Translations under genes and position numbers: made by a program | In this document: positions 30,176-38,854 of the stretch, in pieces | Layout: each line of letters begins with the position of its first letter | Numbering within the stretch: position 1 is the stretch's first letter | IMG/VR virus record: IMGVR_UViG_3300043313_001220 | Span: 1-64,000 of that record | Direction: 5' to 3' (one strand) | Length of the DNA: 64,000 bases | Source of the DNA: a virus | Notes under the pieces: model-generated | The model's input: only the letters and a program-made list of their open reading frames with translations | What the model was told of the DNA's origin: nothing | Databases searched by the model: none

Positions 30176-30922
30176 TCAGGCCGCCGCGACAGCCTTCTCC
30201 TTCTTACCCTCGCCGATCTGGTCCCACTGGGTGACGGTATACCGCCCGTAGCCCTGGCTGCGGCTGGCACCGATCCCCTGCTGGCCGCCGGTCACCCAAA
30301 TGGTCGCCCATTCTTTCTGGGTGAAGTCGTAATCGCTGATCACCGTGAACCCGACGACAGCGTCATCGACATACTCGGTGTACTGGATGCCGGTCTGGCG
30401 GGTGATCGGGTTGCGCGGGAACGACTGGAGGATGCCGGACGGCTCCAGGACCGCCTCGATCTTCTTCGTGTCCGCGCTGCGCTGGCCGACAAACAGCTTG
30501 TCCTCCAGCACGACGATGTGCTCGGCGATGAACGACAGCGTCCCCTTCTTGGTCGCGCCGTAACGCGCCGGGAGGTTGTCGACGGCGCGGGCGACCGACG
30601 CGGCCTCCTTCAGAGCGGCCTTCAGATGACGGCCTTCGATGTACAGGCCGTCCTGCGGGTCGCGCTTGAAGCCGTTCAGGTGGCGACGCTTGTCGACCTC
30701 CTTCAGCGCCTCATCCTCAGTGACACCGCGGGCGGCCATGACCTCGGCGACCGCCTGGGCGATGATGTCCTCCTTGTCGAGGCCCATCTTGCTCTTCAGC
30801 CAGCCCTCGGCGACCTTCGGGTCGGACGGGGTGCCGCCCATCAGTCGCTCGATCTGGATCTCTCCGGCGAACCGGAACGGGTAGACCCGGTTGATGTCAG
30901 CGGCGAACACATTCTTGGCCAT
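30176..30922 (-). CDS. solitary RAMP-superfamily (Cas7/Csm3-like) protein, 248 aa
   Basis: beta1+Gly IERLMGG; LYIEGRHLKAALKEA (cf. IPGSSLKGxLR); TEYVD..FTV; C-terminal G-rich loop GIGASRSQGYGRY; RBS AGAGAGGG. Confidence 0.8.
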   Translation of the reverse strand: MAKNVFAADINRVYPFRFAGEIQIERLMGGTPSDPKVAEGWLKSKMGLDKEDIIAQAVAEVMAARGVTEDEALKEVDKRRHLNGFKRDPQDGLYIEGRHLKAALKEAASVARAVDNLPARYGATKKGTLSFIAEHIVVLEDKLFVGQRSADTKKIEAVLEPSGILQSFPRNPITRQTGIQYTEYVDDAVVGFTVISDYDFTQKEWATIWVTGGQQGIGASRSQGYGRYTVTQWDQIGEGKKEKAVAAA

Positions 30923-30965
30923 CTGTGGCCCTCTCTGTGGTGTGGGTGGTGCGGTGTGCCCCAGA

Positions 30966-30994
30966 AGCATATCCCGTGGCACATGGGGTGTCAA
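30966..30994 (-). promoter_or_regulatory. near-consensus promoter TTGACA-N17-TATGCT driving RAMP plus array 1
   Basis: Read directly from the sequence. Confidence 0.8.
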
Positions 30995-31854
30995 GCAGTG
31001 TGTTGGTGGAGCCCAGCTCGGGCTAGCTGGCGCGGGTCGCCAACCCGCCAACGTGCGATCCGGCAGTAGTCGGCGGACAGGTCGACCGAGATGCCGACAC
31101 GTCCGAGGGCTTTCGCAGCCAGAGCTGTTGTGCCGCCCCCCCCCATCGGGTCCAGCACTACGCCGCCGGGCGGGCACCAGCCCTCAATGATGGCGAGCGG
31201 CCACTCCAACGGAAACGCTGAATGGTGCCGCACCCCGAGATACTCCGGCACGCGCAACGCCGCCGACTTGACCGCATGTACCGACCGCATTCCGGGAATG
31301 GATCGATCGGCCTTGCGGCTGGCATAATAATCGATTCGCTGGCTAAAGTGATACCAGGTCTCATGCGTGCGTGCCGCCCGGTCCCTGGCCGGATCGGGAA
31401 CCGCGTTCGGCTTATCCCAGATCACCTCCGCCCGCAAGGTTAATCTGAGATCATCCACACATGCGATGGCGTAGCGCTGGGGCAGCTGGAGCAGGCTTTT
31501 AGGACTGCCGGTCGGTACGCACCGGTTGTTGTGGCCGATGCCCTGCTTGCTGTTTGTGCCCGAGATAGTGGTGCGCGTACCGCGGCCGTATTTGTCGCCC
31601 AGATTGACCCACAATGACCCGCGCGGTTTGAGTACCCGCAGCCACTCCCGCGTGCACCGGACCAGGCTGTCAACATATTCGCCGGGGGTGGGCTCGGCCC
31701 CGACCTGGCCTTCGTAGACCTCGCCGCCATCCTCATAAGCGCGCAGCGACCAATATGGCGGGCTGGTGATGATCAAATCCACCGAGCCGGTGGTCAGGGG
31801 CAACGCACCCGCGTCACCCCTGACCACCAACGCCGATCCGGTCAACGGGCGCAC
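30991..31854 (-). CDS. DNA methyltransferase (N4-cytosine/N6-adenine, beta class; SPPY suggests m4C)
   Basis: TSPPY, VNLGD, WDKPN, H.AFP and VVLDPMGGGGTT. Confidence 0.9.
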   Translation of the reverse strand: MRPLTGSALVVRGDAGALPLTTGSVDLIITSPPYWSLRAYEDGGEVYEGQVGAEPTPGEYVDSLVRCTREWLRVLKPRGSLWVNLGDKYGRGTRTTISGTNSKQGIGHNNRCVPTGSPKSLLQLPQRYAIACVDDLRLTLRAEVIWDKPNAVPDPARDRAARTHETWYHFSQRIDYYASRKADRSIPGMRSVHAVKSAALRVPEYLGVRHHSAFPLEWPLAIIEGWCPPGGVVLDPMGGGGTTALAAKALGRVGISVDLSADYCRIARWRVGDPRQLARAGLHQHTA

Positions 31855-32090
31855 TCCACGATCTCGACGATCCGCCAGAAGGTGCCGAAGCCGTGCTCGG
31901 CACCCTCCCGCAGCCCCCCGTTGGCCAGGTCCTCGAACACGCTGGCCATCGTATGGGCGTCGACCAGGTGGTTGTGCTGGGTGTTGCCCTTCTCGGCGAA
32001 CATGAACTCGCCTTTCGTCACCCGGGTCATCTCGTAGCCGTCACACGGCACGACCTTGACCCGCAGCTTGAAACCGGCATGGTCAGCCAC
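31842..32090 (-). CDS. hypothetical protein
   Basis: AAGGAGG RBS. Confidence 0.55.
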   Translation of the reverse strand: MADHAGFKLRVKVVPCDGYEMTRVTKGEFMFAEKGNTQHNHLVDAHTMASVFEDLANGGLREGAEHGFGTFWRIVEIVECAR

Positions 32091-32475
32091 CAACGACCTC
32101 CTTCGGATGGGGCCACATGTGCGGCAGACCGCAGCCTTCGCACTGCGGCGCGCTGCTCGGGCATCCCGGCTCCAGCCGGGCCATCTCCTCGACCGTCCAG
32201 ACCCGCGGGCAGGGGTCGCACAGGTCCTCGCCCTGACAGCCCCAGTAGAACCGGGTCCGGTCGAGCGACACCAATATGGGTGCCCCGGCATGCCACAGAT
32301 CCTCCCAACACAACCAGCCGTCACGGTCGATGTTGAACCAGTTCCAGTTCATCGACGACGGGACGTTGAACCACCGCTGGTCGCCGAGCAGGACGACCGA
32401 GAACGGCGGGGGTGGCCGTGGCACGACGATCGGGCAGGGGTCCAGACCGCAGATCTTGCAGCCCCGGCCTACCAC
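32083..32475 (-). CDS. hypothetical Cys/Trp-rich protein
   Basis: CxxC pairs; operon packing. Confidence 0.5.
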   Translation of the reverse strand: MVGRGCKICGLDPCPIVVPRPPPPFSVVLLGDQRWFNVPSSMNWNWFNIDRDGWLCWEDLWHAGAPILVSLDRTRFYWGCQGEDLCDPCPRVWTVEEMARLEPGCPSSAPQCEGCGLPHMWPHPKEVVGG

Positions 32476-33275
32476 AGCGGTTCCGGCACCGGCTCGGGCT
32501 CAGGTGCTGCCGCTGGGCGCGGAATGACCGGCCACTCTGGGCGGCAATCCTCGGCCCGCGCCAAAGTCTCCTGACGCTTCTGCGGGTCGGTCTCCTTGGC
32601 CGCCTCCCCGCGCAGCCACGAAGCGAAGGACTTCTGCTGCTTCGCCCGCCAACGAACCTGCTCGTCGTGGAGGTCATCCAGTTTCATCTCGGCGATCTTT
32701 GGATACTTCTTGCAGATCGCCCAGGCGACCCGGCCGGCAGCCAAAGCGTCGACCGTCGAGTCGTGGGCGTTCTGGCCGATCTCCACTCTGTAATACTCGC
32801 ACAACGCCCCGAGGTTGCGCTTGCCTTTACGCCGGTCCAGTTCTTTATCTAAGATGAACACATCAACGACTGGCCGGACGCCATTCGGCAGGCGGTCGCC
32901 CAGCGTCTTGATCCCATGTCGCTCGCTCTCGTGGTGCAGCAGAGATAGGTCGTAGCCACCATTCATCGTGACCACCGGCACGCCCTGCCCCATGAAGGTC
33001 GCCAACATGGAGGTGAACTGTTCGATCACCTCCGGCGCGGGCTTGCCATGTTCGCGGGCGCGCTCGGTCGTAATGCCATGCACCGCCGACGCGCCAGCGG
33101 GGATCTCAATTCCCGGGTCTGCCATCCACTCGTAGACCTTCGGCAGCCGGGAGCCGCCTTCTGGTGGCCGGGGTGGGACCAGTATCACGCAGGCGGTGAC
33201 GATGCGATCGTTGAACACATCAACGCCGGTCGTCTCTGTGTCCATAAGGGCGAGATGCCCGTCATACCAGCTCAT
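32469..33275 (-). CDS. DnaQ-like (DEDDh) 3'-5' exonuclease
   Basis: DTETTG, VHGIT, N..YDL and AHDSTVD. Confidence 0.9.
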   Translation of the reverse strand: MSWYDGHLALMDTETTGVDVFNDRIVTACVILVPPRPPEGGSRLPKVYEWMADPGIEIPAGASAVHGITTERAREHGKPAPEVIEQFTSMLATFMGQGVPVVTMNGGYDLSLLHHESERHGIKTLGDRLPNGVRPVVDVFILDKELDRRKGKRNLGALCEYYRVEIGQNAHDSTVDALAAGRVAWAICKKYPKIAEMKLDDLHDEQVRWRAKQQKSFASWLRGEAAKETDPQKRQETLARAEDCRPEWPVIPRPAAAPEPEPVPEPLW

Positions 33276-33876
33276 GCTGACGCTCCCGCTTCCTTTTCGT
33301 GTGGCTTTTGATGTCGTCACGCCCACACGCTCGACAGACGCGGTGACCGCGATAGATCCTCGTGTTCGTCTCATTCCAGGGGTGCCCCCTGGCGCAGTGC
33401 CCCTTGCGACGCCTGTTGCTAACTTGCACGCTGGCCGTAGCCCAGCGGCAGTTGTTGGGGCCATATCCGAGATCGTTGTTGATCCGGTCCAGCGACAGGT
33501 GGGGTGCGGGCCGCCGCCCCATGTCCACCAGGAAGGCCGAGAACCGCCCCCACCGGAGGCACACCGATATGCCGCGCCCCCCGTAGTTGTGGTAGTTCTT
33601 GTTCGTTGGGTTGGTACAGCGGTCCAGCATGGACCACCACGCGCGGTATTCGGGTGTTCCCCACATGCCGGCACGCGAGCCACGTTCGATAGCCAGCTCG
33701 TCATGCAGACACCCGCACGATTGTGTCACCCCCCAGCTACGACACAGAAGTAGACGCTCGGCCCCACAGTCGCATCGACACGCAATGCGGGGCTCATCGT
33801 TGTAGCGCGGTTTGGTCACCACCAAGCGACCAAACCGCACTCCCACCTCGTGAGTGACCACGACCCCTCGACTCAT
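33262..33876 (-). CDS. HNH homing-endonuclease-like protein
   Basis: FGRLVV, CRCDCG, SCGC, YGGRGISVC and SLDRINND.GY.P.NCRWAT. Confidence 0.85.
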   Translation of the reverse strand: MSRGVVVTHEVGVRFGRLVVTKPRYNDEPRIACRCDCGAERLLLCRSWGVTQSCGCLHDELAIERGSRAGMWGTPEYRAWWSMLDRCTNPTNKNYHNYGGRGISVCLRWGRFSAFLVDMGRRPAPHLSLDRINNDLGYGPNNCRWATASVQVSNRRRKGHCARGHPWNETNTRIYRGHRVCRACGRDDIKSHTKRKRERQHELV

Positions 33877-35219
33877 CGCAGTTTGGCCGCCAATGCCTGC
33901 ATCTGTGCGACGGTGGCCAGCTGCCGGTCGACCCTGAACTCTTCGTGCAGCATCCGGTCGATGTCGGCGGTTTTAAGCTTTTTCATCCCCGCCGCCCCAA
34001 GCAGCTGCATCATCGCATCCTTGCGCGCCTGTGGGTCGTCGGTGGCCGCGATCTGCTCCTCCGGCTCACCGTCCTCCCACGGCGCGCTGACCGCCGGCAG
34101 GGTCGTCGACGCCTCTGGAGTGGCCTCCGGGTCAGCGGGAGGGTCGAGCAGGGCCTCGGATTCCCCCGGGTCCTCCTGCCAAGCTTCCTGGACATCCAGG
34201 CGGGCGTCACGGGCCTTCTTCGTATCGATCCGGGCCTGCGCCCGCTGGGCCTCCGACTCCTGCGTGCGCTGGGCGGTCAGCACCTGCTGGCGGGCCTGCC
34301 AGGCGTCGATCAGCTGCTGGTGGTCGCCGGTCTCCTTGATCCTCTTGCGGATCCCAGCCATCTCCGCGTTGGTCGTGGCCTTCGCGATCGCCTCCAGCGC
34401 CTTCGGGATGTTGGGGGCGGGAGGCACGGGGGGCACGGGGGGCACGGGAGGCACGGGAGGCACGGTGGCCGGAGCCGCCTCGATTGCCGTGGCGCGGGAG
34501 GGTTCGATGGCCGCCCGCATGGCAGCAGCCTGCTGGTCGCGGCCAAGCTGCAACACGGTGCTGACCGCGTCTGAGCCGACCTGCACCGTTCGGGAGGTCA
34601 CCCCGTCTAACAACAGGATCGGCACGTTGTAATCTTTGGTGACCACTTTTCTCTCTTTGCGGTCGTATTGGCGGGACTCGCGGTTCTCCAGCAACAAGCG
34701 GGCGGGCAACGGCATGCGGATGCCCGCGATCATGTCGAACAGCTGGACCATCTCGCCGGCCGCATAATACCCATGGGTCTCAAGCCCCCACACACCCAGG
34801 CCCGGCACGTCGGCCAAAAGCAAATCGACCCGGGTGGTCGGCTTACATCTCCGAGTTTCCGGGTCGCAGTCACAAGTGTCCCCATAGATCTGGTCCTGAA
34901 CGCCGTCACAGCGGCGGCTGCACACGCCACCCGACCACAGCTCGTATGTCGGGTCAACAATCTGGGGAGGGATGAAGACTGGAATCAGCGCCGCATCGGT
35001 CACCACCTGCCACTGCTTGCCCCGGGGGGCGTCCGCCCATACCTCCATCTCTCCACCGTAGAGCGCTGCCACCTCTTCCACGAGGTGCTGGGCCGCACTT
35101 GTAAAGCGCAGAGTATCCAACCGGCTGGGCCGTTCCTTGCCCGAGCTGGTCTTGACCTTGCGGCCCAGCCGGATGCGGCCCACCCGTACTGAGCGGATCT
35201 GGAGGTCTCGAATGGCCAT
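33873..35219 (-). CDS. Gp3-like (recombination directionality factor-like) protein, putative recombinase
   Basis: VGRIRLG..RP..LDT.RFTS, RRCDG, CKPTTR and W.LETHG; (PPV)5 linker. Confidence 0.7.
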   Translation of the reverse strand: MAIRDLQIRSVRVGRIRLGRKVKTSSGKERPSRLDTLRFTSAAQHLVEEVAALYGGEMEVWADAPRGKQWQVVTDAALIPVFIPPQIVDPTYELWSGGVCSRRCDGVQDQIYGDTCDCDPETRRCKPTTRVDLLLADVPGLGVWGLETHGYYAAGEMVQLFDMIAGIRMPLPARLLLENRESRQYDRKERKVVTKDYNVPILLLDGVTSRTVQVGSDAVSTVLQLGRDQQAAAMRAAIEPSRATAIEAAPATVPPVPPVPPVPPVPPAPNIPKALEAIAKATTNAEMAGIRKRIKETGDHQQLIDAWQARQQVLTAQRTQESEAQRAQARIDTKKARDARLDVQEAWQEDPGESEALLDPPADPEATPEASTTLPAVSAPWEDGEPEEQIAATDDPQARKDAMMQLLGAAGMKKLKTADIDRMLHEEFRVDRQLATVAQMQALAAKLR

Positions 35220-35757
35220 CCCATTGCTCCTTCTTCTCGGTGTAGTCAATGAAGCGCTCCCGGTGGCGCTCAAAGCGCCCCAGGAGCCGATTGCAAGGTG
35301 TGCACAGGACGCCCCTGACGCACTTACCGCACGTGCGCTTACCCGGACAGCAGCTGTGATCGTGGTCGACCGGGAATCGCGGGGCCCCGGGTTCCCCGCT
35401 CGACATCTCGCCACAGATCGCACAGCCGCCACCCTGCGCGGCCAGCAACGCATCGTAGTCCTCGGGGGTCAGGCCATATCGCCTCAGTGTGATCCGCCGG
35501 CTGAGGGCCACCCGACGCTCTTGGTTCGTAATAGCCCACGCGCGCTGAGTGGCCGCCCTGCGCTCCGGGTTCGCGGCCCTCCATGCGCGGTTGGTGGCCG
35601 CTACGCGCTCCAGATTTGCGGTTGCCCATGCGCGGTGGGTGGCTGCGCGACATGCCCTACATTGGGACTCCAGCCCGTCCCGACCGGTCTTGCGCTTGGA
35701 AAACCCCCCGAGCCCCTTCGTCTCCCCGCACTTGCTACAGCGTTTCGTCTCTTCCAT
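34954..35757 (-). CDS. endonuclease VII-family protein
   Basis: CSKCGE, RYGLT..Y..L...QGG.CAIC, VDHDH and VRGVLC..CN. Confidence 0.85.
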   Translation of the reverse strand: MEETKRCSKCGETKGLGGFSKRKTGRDGLESQCRACRAATHRAWATANLERVAATNRAWRAANPERRAATQRAWAITNQERRVALSRRITLRRYGLTPEDYDALLAAQGGGCAICGEMSSGEPGAPRFPVDHDHSCCPGKRTCGKCVRGVLCTPCNRLLGRFERHRERFIDYTEKKEQWDGHSRPPDPLSTGGPHPAGPQGQDQLGQGTAQPVGYSALYKCGPAPRGRGGSALRWRDGGMGGRPPGQAVAGGDRCGADSSLHPSPDC

Positions 35758-35772
35758 CTTTCACCTCCTGGG

Positions 35773-36131
35773 GGGTCGTCGTGTGGAACGGGCCGGTTAG
35801 TCGTGTGGTCTGGGCCGGTGTCTGACGGCCTCGGAATGTCGGCGGGATTGGACGGTACTGGGTGGGCAAGTCGGGCGGCGTACGGGTTGGCAAGTCGATA
35901 AGAACGGATTCGCAGGGTCGTGCGGGCTGGGCGGACTTGTCCGGGGCTGGCATGTCGGCGCGGGAGGGGGGAGGGGGGGAATGTCGGGCTGTGCGGGTTC
36001 GCGGGCGGATGGCCGGGAATGTCGTACGGGCGGGCTGGGATTGCGACGGAGGGGCAAGTCGGTGCGGCGGGGTGTGGATGGGGAAGTCGGGTTGGGACGC
36101 ACCGGTGGGGTTCGGGTTGTCGGGTTGGTCA
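35773..36131 (-). repeat. pentamer-periodic array 2, about 13 units
   Basis: Same grammar; the first anchor is the TGA stop of the upstream gene; ends at the RBS of the endoVII gene. Confidence 0.9.
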
Positions 36132-36497
36132 GCGCGTCGGCGGTTTGGTGAACGAACCGGAGATGTTAATCCCGTCCGCCAGGGCATCCAACAACAGGGT
36201 GAGTTTCAAGCTCGCGGCCATTCCCGCGTACATCGTGGCCCGGCGCTCGACGATGTTGATGCCGGCATTGTACTCTTTGAGCTTCGGGTCGTCACCGGCC
36301 CAGGAATAGGCGACCGATGCGGGGTCGACGGTCAGGTAGGGGGTGGCCTCGCCCTGCTGTGCGGCCTTCAGCTCGATCTGCTCAGTGCGCCGTCTGCTCC
36401 GCTCCCGGAGCTTGACCGACTCCTGCTCGTAGTGTGTGGCCAGCCGATCATATTCGACAGCCCACATCCGGGTGTCGTCGCGATCTGCGGGGGTCAT
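36129..36497 (-). CDS. hypothetical protein
   Basis: GAGGAGG RBS; follows a promoter. Confidence 0.65.
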   Translation of the reverse strand: MTPADRDDTRMWAVEYDRLATHYEQESVKLRERSRRRTEQIELKAAQQGEATPYLTVDPASVAYSWAGDDPKLKEYNAGINIVERRATMYAGMAASLKLTLLLDALADGINISGSFTKPPTR

Positions 36498-36533
36498 CTG
36501 GTCCTCCTCGGGGGGTACGTGGTGGGTGTTCTG

Positions 36534-36573
36534 ACCATACCACGGGCCACACCACGTGGCAAGCAGCGTGTCA
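36534..36573 (-). promoter_or_regulatory. promoter TTGCCA-N17-TATGGT with TGACAC box
   Basis: TGACACGCTGC-TTGCCA. Confidence 0.7.
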
Positions 36574-37917
36574 GAACGGCGGGCTGTCGTCCTGCCGACC
36601 AGCCGGAGCGCCCAACACCGACGCTGCGAGGGTGTCCACCCGCGTGCCAGACGGCGGGCTGCTGCGCAGCTTCTTGCCGACCGGCTTGCCATGTGTCTGC
36701 GCCAGCTCCGCCAACGCCGGGGCGACCCCACGCCCGACAGCCGCCGCAGCCCGTGCGCCACGCTCGGCGGCCGTGGGGGCATCCGGGGTCGGGGTGGCCG
36801 CCTCTAGTGCCTCCGTGGCCACGGGAGCGGCCTCCGCGACCCACTCCCCCGCCGCGACAGCAGCCGCCTCCAGTTGCTTGCGCTCCTTCGCCGCCCGCCG
36901 CTGGTCCGCCTGCCGCAGCTTCGTCACCGACTCCGCGTACTTGAACGTGTTCGCCTCGATCGCCCGCTTGCCCCGTTCGAGGGCCCAGTCGTCCGCCCCG
37001 AGCAGGTTCAGGAACGACGCGAACTCCGGCTCCTCCGCCAGCACCAGGATGAACTGGGTCTTGTCCGGGCGGATCTGGATGATCGCCGTCGCGTCAACCT
37101 GGAGCATCGGCAGCTCCGTGCCGTCCTTCAACACGATCCACTGCGCGAACCGGTAACCGGCCAACTGTAGCGGCATGTCCATGAACACCGCCCGGTCGAG
37201 CTTCTCCCGGCTCTTGTAGTCCACCAGCACCAGCGCGTGCTGCACCCGCGGCTGGCCCTCCGCGGTCAACCGATCCAAGATGTCATCGGTGGCCTTCGTC
37301 CGGCCACGACGCAGGTGGACCATCGCGTCGAGCGTCCCCGCATACATGTAGTCGCGGTTGATCACCCGCGCCTCGGTCATCTCCCAGTCCTCAGGCGTCA
37401 AGCCATACTCGACCACGAACGCCTTGAACGAATGGATGTAGACCGCGATGTCGTCCTCGGGAGTCTGCCAGACACCCGTGCTCGCCCAGAAGCCGACCAC
37501 GGCGTGCACCCGGGTGCCCTCGTCCGAGCGGCGTTTCGACTCCGCGTGATGCCGGTCGCGCATGTGCCGGACCATGCACTGCTCACACTCGCGACAGCGG
37601 CAGTCCGGGCAGCGGAAATCCCAATCGTGCTCGATCGAACAGCGGGTGTGCCATGACCGGCCACACGCCGGGGTGACCAGCGCCGCGACCAGGCCGGGCA
37701 GGACCTCGAACGCCTCGCTGGCCGACAGCCCGGCGGCCCAGATCTTCAAGCCGTCCTTATCCCAACGGCTGGTCGCGGCGGTTACTGACCTGAACCGCTC
37801 CTCCCGGTCGGTGCCCGCGAACAGCAGGTAGAACCTGCCGTCGCCGTTGGCCTCGTCGCGGGCCAGGGCGTGATCGAGTTCGATCTCCTGGCGGGTCCCT
37901 GTCACTGTCGCTGTCAC
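36571..37917 (-). CDS. PD-(D/E)XK (Cas4/RecB-like) exonuclease
   Basis: SVT, GTRVH, YAGTLD, LVDYKS and LQLAGY. Confidence 0.85.
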   Translation of the reverse strand: MTATVTGTRQEIELDHALARDEANGDGRFYLLFAGTDREERFRSVTAATSRWDKDGLKIWAAGLSASEAFEVLPGLVAALVTPACGRSWHTRCSIEHDWDFRCPDCRCRECEQCMVRHMRDRHHAESKRRSDEGTRVHAVVGFWASTGVWQTPEDDIAVYIHSFKAFVVEYGLTPEDWEMTEARVINRDYMYAGTLDAMVHLRRGRTKATDDILDRLTAEGQPRVQHALVLVDYKSREKLDRAVFMDMPLQLAGYRFAQWIVLKDGTELPMLQVDATAIIQIRPDKTQFILVLAEEPEFASFLNLLGADDWALERGKRAIEANTFKYAESVTKLRQADQRRAAKERKQLEAAAVAAGEWVAEAAPVATEALEAATPTPDAPTAAERGARAAAAVGRGVAPALAELAQTHGKPVGKKLRSSPPSGTRVDTLAASVLGAPAGRQDDSPPF

Positions 37918-38213
37918 TCGGGGGTCTCCTTGTCGCGGTGGCGTCTCACTGTGTAGCGTCGCGGTGGCCGGTCCCATCCGTCCATGCTGATCTCAAACCC
38001 GATCACGCCCACGGCCGCCATCTCATAGCGCCGCTCGTAGCTGGCCTCGAACTCCTCGCAGAACGCGTCCCAACCATCAGATTTGGCGACCATCCACGAA
38101 GGCAGATGGACGTACCAGCCCCGGGGTGGTCCGATAGCGTGCTGCCGCCTCATCTCATCGGCGGCGGAACGCATGGCGTCCAAGATGCTGGGCACGGTCG
38201 GCTCGTCGCTCAT
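37914..38213 (-). CDS. hypothetical protein
   Basis: Overlapping start/stop packing. Confidence 0.5.
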   Translation of the reverse strand: MSDEPTVPSILDAMRSAADEMRRQHAIGPPRGWYVHLPSWMVAKSDGWDAFCEEFEASYERRYEMAAVGVIGFEISMDGWDRPPRRYTVRRHRDKETPE

Positions 38214-38491
38214 GGGCGTTCCGGGTCTCGATGTAGGTCGCACAGCCGTGCCGACTGGACGAGCGCGTCATCGTGCGCCCACTCGTACTGCTCCTGCGAC
38301 AGGTAGGCGACCGGACAGCCCCGGCCGTCCTCGTGCCACACGATCCCCCGGTGTGGCTCGAAGGTGAACGACAGGTGCATCACCCGGGGGGCGTTGGCAT
38401 GGTCGATCCGGTCGGCAAGCACGTGGCGAAGGAACCACCCGAGCCGGGACCGCCAAGACCGCCTGCGGTAGGCGAACCTGTCCCGCCTCAC
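38210..38491 (-). CDS. hypothetical protein
   Basis: Overlapping start/stop packing. Confidence 0.5.
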   Translation of the reverse strand: MRRDRFAYRRRSWRSRLGWFLRHVLADRIDHANAPRVMHLSFTFEPHRGIVWHEDGRGCPVAYLSQEQYEWAHDDALVQSARLCDLHRDPERP

Positions 38492-38628
38492 CGTGGCCGC
38501 CGATGCTTGACCTCGAACCGCCAGAACCGCCAATGGCCCCAGACGCGCCGATGTGTGGCACTGATCAGCGCAAAACCGATCGCTAGGCCGCCATGCGCGC
38601 CGATCAGCGCGGCCTGCCACGTGCTCAT
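38488..38628 (-). CDS. small membrane protein
   Basis: GGAGG RBS; hydrophobic segment. Confidence 0.45.
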   Translation of the reverse strand: MSTWQAALIGAHGGLAIGFALISATHRRVWGHWRFWRFEVKHRRPR

Positions 38629-38852
38629 CCTGCCTCCTCCTGTGGTATGCAGGCCCACCAGCCATCCAGCCACGCCACATCGACGCAAGCCGGACCGTGC
38701 GAGGGCCACGGACCGGGTGATCCTACCGGGAGCGGTGCCGGCTGTCCAGCCGGCGGGTCGCATGACGGGGGATGGCCAAGCAGCAGCAGAGAGGCCATGC
38801 CGCCCAGGGCGAACGTGACGAGCATCAATATCACGGTTTCAGCCTTCGACAT
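38625..38852 (-). CDS. small membrane protein
   Basis: N-terminal TM helix. Confidence 0.5.
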   Translation of the reverse strand: MSKAETVILMLVTFALGGMASLLLLGHPPSCDPPAGQPAPLPVGSPGPWPSHGPACVDVAWLDGWWACIPQEEAG

Positions 38853-38854
38853 CG

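Noticed and set aside
30923-31177. N-terminal extension of the RAMP ORF (333-aa call)
   Set aside because: It overlaps the methylase and the promoter; the RBS supports the ATG at 30922.
34424-34466. 9-bp tandem repeat
   Set aside because: In-frame (PPV)n linker within the Gp3-like protein.
35773-36131. G-quadruplex, i-motif or simple microsatellite explanation for the arrays
   Set aside because: G-runs are irregular, pentamers are non-identical, and the phase resets at each CGAC. A structural role is not fully excluded.
36571-37917. Cas4-like nuclease as an adaptation module for the arrays
   Set aside because: Stand-alone PD-(D/E)XK exonucleases near recombinase genes are routine in actinophages, and nothing links this one to the arrays.
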